64,000 nt of DNA from Roseivirga sp. (GTDB lineage: Bacteria; Bacteroidota; Bacteroidia; Cytophagales; Cyclobacteriaceae), in contig CBFIAY010000003.1 in assembly GCA_965660665.1 (NCBI GenBank), positions 161,265-225,264 on the forward strand, written 5' to 3'. The translations under genes were made by a program, and so were the position numbers. Shown here one piece after another: positions 19,549-29,275 of this stretch; the first letter of the stretch is position 1; every line of letters starts with the position of its first letter. Below the pieces are notes generated by a model. It had not been told where the DNA came from. It did no database searches and saw only the letters and a program-made list of their open reading frames with translations.

Positions 19549-19889
19549 TGAGTATTCAAGACAAACCCTTAGCGTCCGTTCAAGCAGAAGTTGACACTTG
19601 GATAAAAGAAGTTGGTGTACGCTATTTCAATGAGCTAACGAACATGGCTCAGCTTACTGAAGAGGTAGGTGAGGTAGCAAGGATAATGGCAAGAAGATAT
19701 GGGGAGCAGTCTGAAAAGGAATCAGATAAGTCGAAAGACTTAGGGGAGGAGCTAGCAGATGTGCTTTTTGTAGTAGTATGTTTGGCAAATCAAACCGGAG
19801 TAGACCTACAATCAGCTTGGGAAAACCGCATGACAAGCAAAACATCTAGAGATAAGGATAGACATAAAAACAATGAAAAATTACATTAA
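19548..19889 (+). CDS. MazG-like nucleotide pyrophosphohydrolase
   Basis: LTEEVGEVAR, EELADV. Confidence 0.9.
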   Translation: MSIQDKPLASVQAEVDTWIKEVGVRYFNELTNMAQLTEEVGEVARIMARRYGEQSEKESDKSKDLGEELADVLFVVVCLANQTGVDLQSAWENRMTSKTSRDKDRHKNNEKLH

Positions 19890-19898
19890 AATAAGATT

Positions 19899-20759
19899 AT
19901 GAAAAGAATTATGGGATTGGCGTTAGCGCTAATAATGACCGTCAGTTTGGTAAATGCACAAAAGCCAACTGGTTACAATTTGAAGAAAGGTGATAAGTTC
20001 ACCATGACAGCTGTCATCAAGCAAGATATCAAGCAAGAGGCAATGGGTCAAACTATGACTACAGAGCAAACCATTTCTAACACGGATGAATTAGAAGTTA
20101 CTGCAGTAAACGGAGACATTTATACCATCAAGTTTACTGGGATGAGAAGAGCGGTTTCTATGCAGTCTCCTATGGGTTCCAATGAGATGGATTCTGACGA
20201 AGAAGGTACTCAGCATGCACCGCTTAGAATTATGAGTGGTAAGACTTATTCAGTAGAGATGAATAGAATGGGTAGGGTCTTGAAAATAACTGGTGTTGAA
20301 GACATGAGAAGCGCTATGATGAAAGAAATGTCAGATGCAGGAATGGGGGCAGTGGCAGATCAAATGTTAGCTAGCTACAATGATGATTTATTAAAAAGTT
20401 CTTTGGAGTCTCAAATGGCTATTTATAGTGAAAGTAATAGCTCCGAATGGACTGTTAAAACAACTTCAGTAGTAAATAATATTCCTGTAGAACTCGAAAA
20501 CAGCTATAGATGGGATGATGATAAGACCATTTTAGCAGAAGCTAAAATTGATATTAGCGGTACAATGGAGGCAATGGGTACAACTGTGAAAACAGCTATG
20601 TCAGGTGACCAACAGACTATTATCGATCTAGATGTAAAGACAGGAATGCCGTCTAAAATTCAAGCAATTCAAACCGTAGAAGGTAATTTGGAAGCACAAG
20701 GAATGACAATTCCAATGAATATAGTTTCAGAGACGACTACTACAATTGTGAAGCAATAG
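19899..20759 (+). CDS. Secreted hypothetical protein (DUF6263-like)
   Basis: Signal peptide, YNLKKGD start, beta-rich; family name from recall only. Confidence 0.6.
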   Translation: MKRIMGLALALIMTVSLVNAQKPTGYNLKKGDKFTMTAVIKQDIKQEAMGQTMTTEQTISNTDELEVTAVNGDIYTIKFTGMRRAVSMQSPMGSNEMDSDEEGTQHAPLRIMSGKTYSVEMNRMGRVLKITGVEDMRSAMMKEMSDAGMGAVADQMLASYNDDLLKSSLESQMAIYSESNSSEWTVKTTSVVNNIPVELENSYRWDDDKTILAEAKIDISGTMEAMGTTVKTAMSGDQQTIIDLDVKTGMPSKIQAIQTVEGNLEAQGMTIPMNIVSETTTTIVKQ

Positions 20760-20783
20760 ACTGATTAGGATTCAGTAATTAAA

Positions 20784-20815
20784 CAAAGCCCATTGCAATA
20801 GTGCAATGGGCTTTG
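20784..20815. terminator. Bidirectional intrinsic terminator
   Basis: Perfect 14-bp stem CAAAGCCCATTGCA-ATAG-TGCAATGGGCTTTG between convergent genes, A-rich before and T-rich after. Confidence 0.85.
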
Positions 20816-20839
20816 CTTGTTTTAGGTCAGATATGAGAA

Positions 20840-21538
20840 TCAGACGGTTAGCGATCCTTCAACCAATTTCGGAACTATGTCAAACGCATCTGTGCTTGAA
20901 CAATATTCGATATCTTTTATGATTCCGAATTTGGAAAGCCTTGAAGCATGGTTACTCCGACTGATATAATAGAATAGGTCTTTTTGCATTGACTCATAAA
21001 GATAAAAAGCAGAGATAGCGGCATCGGAATCAAATTCAGCCTCTTTTTTCAATCCATCACATACGGCACCGGCAAACAAGCTGTCCTCTAAATTGTAATG
21101 TCCTTTCCAGCCAGCACAGAAGAGAAGTATATCCCTGTTCTGCGATTTTAAATAATTCACGATAGCAGAAAGGTTTAAGAATGCACCAATGATTACTTCA
21201 GGAGCACCTTTCGAAAGGTCAATTGCCCTAGTACCGTTAGTTGTTGTTGCCGCAATACGTTTACCTTTGAATTCGGATTGCATATAATCGAATGGAGAGT
21301 TCCCGATATTGAATTGCTCTAGCTTTTTACCACCTCGTTCACCCGCCATTATATAGCCTTGCTTACCGAGCGCTTCACACTCCTCGACAGTTGCCACAGG
21401 CTTTATGCTTTCGACACCAGAGCCTAGGCCAGCTACCATGCAAGAAGTAGCTCTCAATACGTCAATAACTACAACGCATTTATCTGATACATCAAATTGA
21501 TGAATCAGTTCAGGAGTGTAGCAAATATCTATTTTCAT
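20840..21538 (-). CDS. comB: 2-phosphosulfolactate phosphatase family protein
   Basis: IDVLRATS, GERGG, GNSP, TTNGT, LEDSLFAG. Confidence 0.88.
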   Translation of the reverse strand: MKIDICYTPELIHQFDVSDKCVVVIDVLRATSCMVAGLGSGVESIKPVATVEECEALGKQGYIMAGERGGKKLEQFNIGNSPFDYMQSEFKGKRIAATTTNGTRAIDLSKGAPEVIIGAFLNLSAIVNYLKSQNRDILLFCAGWKGHYNLEDSLFAGAVCDGLKKEAEFDSDAAISAFYLYESMQKDLFYYISRSNHASRLSKFGIIKDIEYCSSTDAFDIVPKLVEGSLTV

Positions 21539-22623
21539 TATTTGTAAAAAGGCAATTTGATCACCTCAGCCTTTAGTTTATGCTTGCGTACGGCTACTAA
21601 AATTTCAGTGCCAATCTTACTATTTTCTTTAGTCACATAACCTAAGCCAATACCGTAACCCAAAGATGGTGACATAGTACCCGAAGTTACTTCGCCTATT
21701 GTATTTTCACTGCTATCTAATAGCTCATAATGACTTCTAGGAATGCCTTTGTCTATCATTTTGAAGGCCACAAGCTTGGTAGCTACTCCTGCTTCTTTTT
21801 GCTGTTGCAGTGCAGTAGAGTTGGTAAATTCTTTTGTGAATTTAGTGACCCACCCTAAGCCAGCAGCCAAGGGCGAAGTCTCATCCGTAATATCATTTCC
21901 ATAGAGGCAATAACCCATTTCCATTCGGAGTGTGTCACGGGCGCCCAAGCCGATTGGCTTGATATCGAATGCTGCACCCGCTTCGAATATTTGATTCCAG
22001 ACAGCTTCAGCATGATCATTATGAAGGTAGATTTCGAAGCCACCAGCACCTGTATACCCTGTAGCAGAAATGATTACATGCTCTACACCTGCAAATGGAC
22101 CTACAACAAAATTGTAGTACTTAATCTCGGAAAGATTTACTGACGTTAATTTCTGTAGTACTTCGGTTGCTTTTGGTCCTTGAACCGCAAACAAAGAGTA
22201 TGCATCAGAAACGTTTTTCATGTCTACCCCTTCGGTGTTAAACTTGGAAACCCAATTCCAATCTTTTTCAATGTTAGACGCATTGACCACGAGCATGTAC
22301 TTAGTTTCATTGAAGCGATAAACAAGCAGGTCATCTACTACGCCACCATCTTCATTTGGGAAGTAAGAATATTGCGCTTGGCCATCCACTAGCTTGGATG
22401 CATCGTTGCTGGTTACGCGTTGGATTAAATCAAGTGCATCGGGTCCTTCTAAGATAAATTCGCCCATGTGCGACACGTCAAAAACACCAACACTATTTCT
22501 CACAGCCTTGTGTTCTTCCATATCAGAAGAATATCGAACAGGCATATTATAGCCCGCGAAAGGGACCATTTTACCTCCAAGACGCTCATGAAGGTCGTTT
22601 AATGCTACTTTTTTAATTTCCAT
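21538..22623 (-). CDS. gcvT: Glycine cleavage system aminomethyltransferase T
   Basis: [41 protein letters not shown]. Confidence 0.97.
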   Translation of the reverse strand: MEIKKVALNDLHERLGGKMVPFAGYNMPVRYSSDMEEHKAVRNSVGVFDVSHMGEFILEGPDALDLIQRVTSNDASKLVDGQAQYSYFPNEDGGVVDDLLVYRFNETKYMLVVNASNIEKDWNWVSKFNTEGVDMKNVSDAYSLFAVQGPKATEVLQKLTSVNLSEIKYYNFVVGPFAGVEHVIISATGYTGAGGFEIYLHNDHAEAVWNQIFEAGAAFDIKPIGLGARDTLRMEMGYCLYGNDITDETSPLAAGLGWVTKFTKEFTNSTALQQQKEAGVATKLVAFKMIDKGIPRSHYELLDSSENTIGEVTSGTMSPSLGYGIGLGYVTKENSKIGTEILVAVRKHKLKAEVIKLPFYK

Positions 22624-22645
22624 TTTCCCATAAGTTTTCCGATGA

Positions 22646-22653
22646 CAAAAGTA
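22646..22653 (-). promoter_or_regulatory. Bacteroidota -7 promoter box for gcvT-comB
   Basis: TACTTTTG on the minus strand, 22 nt upstream of the ATG. Confidence 0.5.
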
Positions 22654-22806
22654 ACCATAGCCGAGTATAATTTGATCTAACAGGCAAAAAACTTAGTGTA
22701 CCCAGATATAATTAACTAAATATATAGTTGTTTAATTAATGCTTTGAAGCAACCTTTAGCTTCCAAGACCTATCTTATACAATAACTCCAACTAAAAGGT
22801 CAAAAC

Positions 22807-25194
22807 ATGTTTAGTAATTTCTTTAAAGTCACTATGCGAAGCTTTCTAAAAAGTAAGCTCTTTGCTTTCATTAATATCATTGGCTTGGGGCTTGCGCTCG
22901 CTTGCTGTATCATTGCCTACCTAAACTATGATTTCTCTAGTTCCTTTGATGATAACCACCTTAATAAGGATGAGATCTACCAATTAAGTGTCAATAGACA
23001 AATTCAGGCAAATCAAGTACCCTTCAATTTTGCTCCAATGATGGTTGCCGAAAATCTCAAAGAAGATGTGCCAGGCTTGAAACATGTGACTAGGTATAAT
23101 ACGGGCGGAATAACTATTAAATCTGGTGACAGGGCATTTATTCGCAATATCGGTTATGGTGATGAAGATTTCTTCAAGATGTTTACCTACCCTCTCAAAT
23201 ATGGGTCGATTGAAAACTTTAGTGATAAGTCGAATATTTTTCTTTCATCTCAAACTGCGGCAGCACTTTTTGGAAATAAGAACGCGCTTGGTGAGAATAT
23301 AGAAATTGTAAATAATAGCGGGCCTAATTGGTTTTTCATGGTAGGCGGAGTTTTCGAGCCAATTCCTGAGAATACCTTGATGCAATTTCAAACTTTTACA
23401 AGTTGGGAAAACAGTTACTTATTAGGCGACCAAAAGAGGAATGACTGGAGATCATTTGTTGCTGCTGTATTCGTTCAGACCGAAAACGAACAGACTGCCA
23501 GAAATATGCCCCAATTACTCGATAAGTATGTAGGTATACAGAATGAAGCACGTAAGGACTTTGAGATTTCCGGTTTTTGGGTACAGTCCTTAGATGAAGC
23601 ACCGGTAAATCAAAGAGACCTTAATGGAAGCAGTTTGTGGCAAGCCATGAATCCCGCTGCCATTGTTGCTCCAAATGTCATGGCAATTTTGATCTTACTA
23701 TTGGCATGTTTCAACTTTACAAATACAGCAATCGCAATGTCTAATAAACGATTAAAGGAGATTGGGGTTAGAAAAACGCTAGGTGGAAGTAGAAACCAGT
23801 TGATGTTTCAATTTTTGGGTGAGAATCTCTTGTTATGCTTTTTGGCGTTAATAGTAGGAATAGCATTTGCCACTTGGTTGGTGCCTGAATACAGTAGTAT
23901 GTGGGATGGGCTCACTATACAGCTAAGTTTTAGTGAACATCCAGACTTGTTGATCTTCCTCATTGCGGTACTTGTTGGTACTGCAGTTATTGCTGGTGGC
24001 TACCCTGCCTTATATGTCAGCAGGTTCAGACCCGTCTCTATCTTAAGGGGAACCCTTAAGGTAAATAGCTCCAGTATTTTGGCAAAAGTACTACTGTCAA
24101 TTCAGTTCATGATTTCGGTAATGGCTTTAGTCTCTGGTTTTGCATTTTTACAGAATGCTGCTTATCAAGAACAATTGGATCAAGGTTATGATGATGACCA
24201 ATTGTTAATGATTCCAATGAGAGATACTCAAGAAATGATGCAGATGAAGAATTTAATCGCCTCAAATCCTTCAATTCAAGAAACGGCTTCTACTAGGCAT
24301 CACATTGGCTGGGGTGTTCCTACGAGATCTGTTAAAAACAAAGACCAACAGTTTGAAGTCGATATCATGGACATTGGTGTCGATTATATGAAAACTGTAG
24401 GAATTCAGGTTTTAGGTGGACGTGGTTTTAATAAAGAAAACCAAGAAATAGATCGAACATCATCGGTAGTGGTCAATCAAAGAATGGCAAGACAATTTGG
24501 TTATACCGATCCTGAATCAATAATCGGGGAAACTTTTACGCTCTATGATACAATCAGATACAATGTTGTCGGTTTGGTAAAAGACTTCTTCGATGCCGGA
24601 TTATGGGATCCAATTGATCCGGCCATGATTAGGTTATTTAATGAAGACGAGGTAAACAACTTGGTGATAAGAGTGAGCTCAAGTCAACTCAATGAAATTG
24701 ATGATTATTTGGAGGGAAAGTGGCCTGAAGTGGTGAGTGACCGGCCTTATGCTGGCTTTGTGCATCAAGAAAATATACTCGGCGAAGCGAAAGAGGTGAA
24801 CGGTAACATTGTAACGATCTTCTTGTTCCTCTCCATCATTGCAATCATATTATCAGCCATAGGACTATTCACATTAGTGTCGATAAACATCCTGAGCAGG
24901 ACGAAAGAAATTGGTGTCAGAAAAGTCTTAGGTGCTTCAATCCTTAGAATAACCTCTTTGATCAACAGGCCTTTCTTGATCATCGTTTTCATTGGTTCAA
25001 TTTTGGGTAGTACTGCAGGGTACTTTATTACTGACTTGCTAATGGATGAAATTTGGACTTATCACATGGACCTGGGCATATTAACTTTAATAGTACCAAT
25101 CTTATCTATTCTTTTTGTCTCGCTTATTTCAGTTTCAAGTAAGGTTGTTGGAGCTGCGAAAAGAAATCCAGTGGAGTCTTTACGTTACGAGTAG
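22807..25194 (+). CDS. ABC transporter permease, duplicated MacB-PCD/FtsX architecture
   Basis: Two periplasmic+TM halves; KEIGVRKTLG and KEIGVRKVLGAS; ends NPVESLRYE. Confidence 0.92.
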   Translation: MFSNFFKVTMRSFLKSKLFAFINIIGLGLALACCIIAYLNYDFSSSFDDNHLNKDEIYQLSVNRQIQANQVPFNFAPMMVAENLKEDVPGLKHVTRYNTGGITIKSGDRAFIRNIGYGDEDFFKMFTYPLKYGSIENFSDKSNIFLSSQTAAALFGNKNALGENIEIVNNSGPNWFFMVGGVFEPIPENTLMQFQTFTSWENSYLLGDQKRNDWRSFVAAVFVQTENEQTARNMPQLLDKYVGIQNEARKDFEISGFWVQSLDEAPVNQRDLNGSSLWQAMNPAAIVAPNVMAILILLLACFNFTNTAIAMSNKRLKEIGVRKTLGGSRNQLMFQFLGENLLLCFLALIVGIAFATWLVPEYSSMWDGLTIQLSFSEHPDLLIFLIAVLVGTAVIAGGYPALYVSRFRPVSILRGTLKVNSSSILAKVLLSIQFMISVMALVSGFAFLQNAAYQEQLDQGYDDDQLLMIPMRDTQEMMQMKNLIASNPSIQETASTRHHIGWGVPTRSVKNKDQQFEVDIMDIGVDYMKTVGIQVLGGRGFNKENQEIDRTSSVVVNQRMARQFGYTDPESIIGETFTLYDTIRYNVVGLVKDFFDAGLWDPIDPAMIRLFNEDEVNNLVIRVSSSQLNEIDDYLEGKWPEVVSDRPYAGFVHQENILGEAKEVNGNIVTIFLFLSIIAIILSAIGLFTLVSINILSRTKEIGVRKVLGASILRITSLINRPFLIIVFIGSILGSTAGYFITDLLMDEIWTYHMDLGILTLIVPILSILFVSLISVSSKVVGAAKRNPVESLRYE

Positions 25195-25249
25195 GGGCTT
25201 GACTGTGCTTTAGGTTTGTATTCTTGTTTGAAACAAATGCTGATGCTCT

Positions 25250-25846
25250 TCAAAACAATGCTGTTTGTTCAGGAAGCAGGCGAAACGACTTTCTATGTAG
25301 CGGTGTTATGCCGAGAATCCTAATGGCATCGCGGTGCTTTTTCGTTGGGTACCCAGCATTGGTTTCCCAACCGTACCCTGGGTATTGAAGAGCCGCTTTG
25401 GTCATAAATCTGTCTCGGTGGGTTTTGGCAAGAATAGAAGCCGCAGCAATCGACATGTACTTTCCATCACCCTTGATGATACATTCATGTGAAATACCAG
25501 TATAGGGTTTGAATCGATTACCATCAATCAGTAATAGCTCAGGTTTGATTTTAAGCTTGTCTACTGCGCGGTGCATGGCAATGAATGATGCATTGAGGAT
25601 GTTGATTTCGTCAATTTCAGTATGACTTACTTCTACTACTTCCCAGGCTAATGCATCCCTTTTGATCTCAATTTCGAGGCGCTCAAGAACTTTTTGAGTT
25701 AATTTTTTAGAGTCATTCAAAAAAGGATTGACATAATCCTCTGGAAGTATAACAGATGAAGCTACTACTGGCCCAGCTAGAGGCCCTCTTCCAGCCTCGT
25801 CACAACCCGCTTCTATTTTTCCCGAACCAAAACTTGATTTCAACAT
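25250..25846 (-). CDS. rnhB: Ribonuclease HII
   Basis: DEAGRGPLAGPV, DSKKL, IDGN, IAAASILAK, HRKSF. Confidence 0.96.
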   Translation of the reverse strand: MLKSSFGSGKIEAGCDEAGRGPLAGPVVASSVILPEDYVNPFLNDSKKLTQKVLERLEIEIKRDALAWEVVEVSHTEIDEINILNASFIAMHRAVDKLKIKPELLLIDGNRFKPYTGISHECIIKGDGKYMSIAAASILAKTHRDRFMTKAALQYPGYGWETNAGYPTKKHRDAIRILGITPLHRKSFRLLPEQTALF

Positions 25847-25894
25847 GATGACGATAAACTTAAGGACTAAGCCTAAGAACTTGAAACGTTTCTA

Positions 25895-25902
25895 TAATTT
25901 TG
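25895..25902 (+). promoter_or_regulatory. -7 promoter box only 4 nt before the NUDIX ATG
   Basis: TAATTTTG-CGAC-ATG. Confidence 0.5.
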
Positions 25903-25906
25903 CGAC

Positions 25907-26455
25907 ATGTCTGAGAACAATAGTCCATGGAAAACCTTAAGTGGCGAGCTTATTTATGAGAACGATTGGATTCGACTTGATGAATATCAAGTGATCAATC
26001 CCTCTGGTGGAGAGGGCATTTATGGCAAGGTTTCATTTAAAAATAGGGCCATAGGCATTATACCAGTGGATAATGACTTGAATACATGGTTGGTTGGCCA
26101 GTATCGATATACACTCAATGCGTATAGTTGGGAAATTCCAATGGGTGGTGTGCCCATGAATGAAGACTCAGAGGAAGGAGCCTTGCGTGAACTCAAAGAA
26201 GAAACAGGATTGATTGCTAAAAAATTAGATTTTCTTTCCAAGATTCATACTTCTAACTCAGTAACAGATGAAGTTGGGACCATCTATTTGGCTACAGAAC
26301 TTACAGAAGGTGAAGCTGAATTTGATGAGACCGAAGAAATTGTAATCAAAAAAATGCCTTTTAAGCAAGCACTCGACTGGGTGATGGAGGGGAAAATAAC
26401 GGACAGTCTGTCAATCGCTGGAATACTTAAATATGCCAGAAATTTAGGTCTATAA
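25907..26455 (+). CDS. NUDIX hydrolase (ADP-ribose pyrophosphatase-like)
   Basis: VGQYRY, WEIPMGG, Nudix box GGVPMNE-x7-RELKEETGL. Confidence 0.9.
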   Translation: MSENNSPWKTLSGELIYENDWIRLDEYQVINPSGGEGIYGKVSFKNRAIGIIPVDNDLNTWLVGQYRYTLNAYSWEIPMGGVPMNEDSEEGALRELKEETGLIAKKLDFLSKIHTSNSVTDEVGTIYLATELTEGEAEFDETEEIVIKKMPFKQALDWVMEGKITDSLSIAGILKYARNLGL

Positions 26456-26458
26456 TTC

Positions 26459-27853
26459 ATGAGACCCTTACCCTACAAAGTACATTTTAATAAGACTTTC
26501 AACCTAGCTTATCCTGTGATGCTAAGTCAGTTGGGTCATATTATGGTCGGCATGGCGGATAGTATTATGGTCGGCCAACTAGGACAAACTCCTTTAGCAG
26601 CTGCTTCTTTTGCCAATGGAGTTTTAGGGATCTTTATGATGTTTGGGATTGGGCTGTCGTATGGAATTACGCCATTGGTTGCGCAAGCTGATGGTGAAAA
26701 GGATCACGTAAAAATTACTCGACTATTTCGGCATGGAATGATCTTATGCGCTGTGGCTGGGATATTGTTGTTTACAATCTTATTTAGTTCCACTTACTTA
26801 TTTCCATATCTACAGCAACCAGAGGAGGTTTTATCACTCGGAACACCTTACTTACTCATTATCGGGTCTTCCTTAATTCCACTGATGATCTTCCAGAATT
26901 TCAGACAATTCTCAGAAGGTTTATCGGTGACTAAACCCACGATGTACATCACCATCATTGCAAACCTTGTCAATATCTTATTGAATTACCTTCTGATTTA
27001 CGGAAAATTTGGGCTTCCTGAGTTAGGGCTAAATGGTGCTGGCTGGGCGACATTTATTTCTCGCGTACTTATGGCGATTGGACTCTATGTTTTTGTGATC
27101 AGGTATAAGAAGTTTCAGGCTTATCTCTCGGCATTTCAGTTTAGTAAAATTAAGGCCGACTTTTTTGTTCCAATGTTAAAAATCGGAGTGCCCAGTGGCG
27201 TTCAATTCTTTTTCGAAGTAGGCGCTTTTACCATGGCGGCTATCATGATGGGATGGTTGGGTACTGGTCCTTTAGCGGCACATCAGATCGCTTTGAGTTT
27301 AGTATCACTCAGCTATATGATGGCTTCTGGCATTTCAGCAGCTTCAACGGTACGAATTGGCAATCAAATCGGGATGAAAGATGGTACTAACCTACAAAGG
27401 GTTGGGAATACCAGTTTTCTAATGTCCCTCATTTTTATGGCTTGCTGTGCTATACTGTTCACCAGCTTGAGCAGCTTCTTTCCTACACTATATGTGGGAG
27501 AACCAGAGGTGATTTCAATTGCTACTACACTTATCATCGTTGCTGGATTCTTTCAGCTTTCAGACGGTATTCAAGTGGTAGGCTTGGGGGCCTTAAGAGG
27601 GATGTCGGATGTGAAAGTACCGACAATCATCACTTTGATTTCTTATTGGGGATTAGCAATACCAGCCAGTTACATTTTAGGGTTTACTTTAGAGCTTGGT
27701 CCTGCTGGTATCTGGTATGGCCTTCTTATAGGTCTAACAGCAGCTGCGATTGCCCTATTTATTCGCTTCAAACGATTGGCTAAGAAAAAGGCTACTGGCT
27801 TTATTAAAAAGACTGACGACAATGCAACCCTTGATCTTTCGGTCAGTCTTTAA
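26459..27853 (+). CDS. MATE family efflux transporter (NorM-like)
   Basis: 12 TM, LAYPVMLSQ, DSIMVG, LAAHQIA, FQLSDGIQVV. Confidence 0.93.
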   Translation: MRPLPYKVHFNKTFNLAYPVMLSQLGHIMVGMADSIMVGQLGQTPLAAASFANGVLGIFMMFGIGLSYGITPLVAQADGEKDHVKITRLFRHGMILCAVAGILLFTILFSSTYLFPYLQQPEEVLSLGTPYLLIIGSSLIPLMIFQNFRQFSEGLSVTKPTMYITIIANLVNILLNYLLIYGKFGLPELGLNGAGWATFISRVLMAIGLYVFVIRYKKFQAYLSAFQFSKIKADFFVPMLKIGVPSGVQFFFEVGAFTMAAIMMGWLGTGPLAAHQIALSLVSLSYMMASGISAASTVRIGNQIGMKDGTNLQRVGNTSFLMSLIFMACCAILFTSLSSFFPTLYVGEPEVISIATTLIIVAGFFQLSDGIQVVGLGALRGMSDVKVPTIITLISYWGLAIPASYILGFTLELGPAGIWYGLLIGLTAAAIALFIRFKRLAKKKATGFIKKTDDNATLDLSVSL

Positions 27854-27864
27854 CTTGAAATAAA

Positions 27865-28566
27865 ATGAAGTATACTATGAGGACATTATTTACCACATTT
27901 TTACTGCTTGTCACGCTCACGGCATTCTCTCAGAATAGAGAGACCAGAGATGTTGCCGATTTCGATGAAGTAGTCATGAGGCTATCAGGAAAGGTTTATA
28001 TCAAGTTGGGTACCAAGAATGAAGTGATCCTAGAAGGGGATGAAGATGTACTCGAAAAAGTAACACTGGATGTAAGGGAAGGTCGATTATCTATTGGAGA
28101 GGAAAGTAGAAGCAGATGGAGTTGGAGAAGTTCAAGGACTAGCTTGAACGTTTATATCACGGTCAAAGAGCTAAACGGAGCTTCGGTTAGTGGTTCTGGC
28201 GAGGTTATCGGTCAGGATGTGTTTAAGTCAGATGGTTTCAGGATATCAGTTTCTGGTTCAGGTAATATTGAGTTAGAACTTGACGCTAAGGAGGTAGATT
28301 CAAGAATTTCGGGATCAGGCAATATTGAATTATCTGGGTCAGCAGAGTATTCAAAACTTGGAATGAGTGGCTCAGGAAAATATTTAGCGGAAGAGATGAA
28401 AGTTGATGACTATGAAATTTCAATTTCTGGTTCAGGGAGAGCTTCGGTTAACGCCCAAGAAAGTTTAGATGTAAGGATTTCGGGGAGTGGCGGTGTTTAT
28501 TATAGAGGAAGACCTTCAGTAAACTCGAGTGTCTCTGGAAGTGGTAGGGTGAGAAGAATAAACTAG
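27865..28566 (+). CDS. Head GIN (DUF2807) domain adhesin-like protein
   Basis: Signal peptide; seven (S/R/G)xSGSG beta-helix repeats. Confidence 0.85.
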   Translation: MKYTMRTLFTTFLLLVTLTAFSQNRETRDVADFDEVVMRLSGKVYIKLGTKNEVILEGDEDVLEKVTLDVREGRLSIGEESRSRWSWRSSRTSLNVYITVKELNGASVSGSGEVIGQDVFKSDGFRISVSGSGNIELELDAKEVDSRISGSGNIELSGSAEYSKLGMSGSGKYLAEEMKVDDYEISISGSGRASVNAQESLDVRISGSGGVYYRGRPSVNSSVSGSGRVRRIN

Positions 28567-28588
28567 TTAGCCAGACTTCAAGGAAATT

Positions 28589-29275
28589 TTAAGATCCAGC
28601 TTCGTGCTGGATTTTTTGTATAAAGACAATTAGGCCTTGAATGATAAAAAACTGAGCACCTATATAGGTGAGCATATTAAGGAATTCAGCGGAAGAGAAG
28701 GTTTGGTTGAATTTGTCATAAGCTAAAATTGAATCGCTGATTAAAAATAGTATGGACCCTAATAGTACGAGTCGATAGCTCTGGTCATCTGTTTTCTTCC
28801 ATCGTTTTTTAGCTGTTACTCCCATAATGCAGATCACAACGGTGTAGATCACAACAGGAATATACATCTCACCTAGGTTCTTATTGATGACAGAAAAAAT
28901 GGCAAACCCAAAGAGTACAAAAACCAAATCTGACCACTCAGGCTTGACGCTCCTTTCTTCGCTTGATATAGCATTCATATTGATCACGATATAGACGACA
29001 TGAGCGAGCAAAAAGCTGATTAATCCAGCCAGAAAAAAGATTTCAGACCGAGGGACTAACATCAGCAATGTATCTCCTAAGAAAGAGAAGAAAAGTGCTG
29101 CCAAAACGAACTTGTTCAGTGGTGTAGGACGAACACTCTTCACAAAGTAGAACATCAGGGTCGGCATCAAGAGTGGCTTGGTGATGGCAACTAGTTCGTC
29201 CATGCTAATTAACCGACTAGTCAAATCAAGTGCAGTGATGATTAAAAAAGGATAGAGTGATTTATCAACTTTCAT
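28589..29275 (-). CDS. Lysoplasmalogenase (YhhN family)
   Basis: TKPLLM, SFLGDTLL, FLLAHVVY, LFLISDSILA, TYIGAQ. Confidence 0.88.
   Translation of the reverse strand: MKVDKSLYPFLIITALDLTSRLISMDELVAITKPLLMPTLMFYFVKSVRPTPLNKFVLAALFFSFLGDTLLMLVPRSEIFFLAGLISFLLAHVVYIVINMNAISSEERSVKPEWSDLVFVLFGFAIFSVINKNLGEMYIPVVIYTVVICIMGVTAKKRWKKTDDQSYRLVLLGSILFLISDSILAYDKFNQTFSSAEFLNMLTYIGAQFFIIQGLIVFIQKIQHEAGS
28594..28617 (+). terminator. Intrinsic terminator of the NUDIX-MATE-GIN unit, inside the antisense yhhN 3' end
   Basis: ATCCAGC-TTCGT-GCTGGAT followed by TTTTT. Confidence 0.7.

Noticed and set aside
22624-22806. Glycine riboswitch upstream of gcvT
   Set aside because: The region is AT-rich with no recognisable aptamer, and the -7 box implies a leader of under 20 nt.
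28140-28550. Repeated TCxGGxTCAGG-like words as a DNA repeat array
   Set aside because: They are the SGSG coding repeats of the GIN beta-helix, with synonymous variation.
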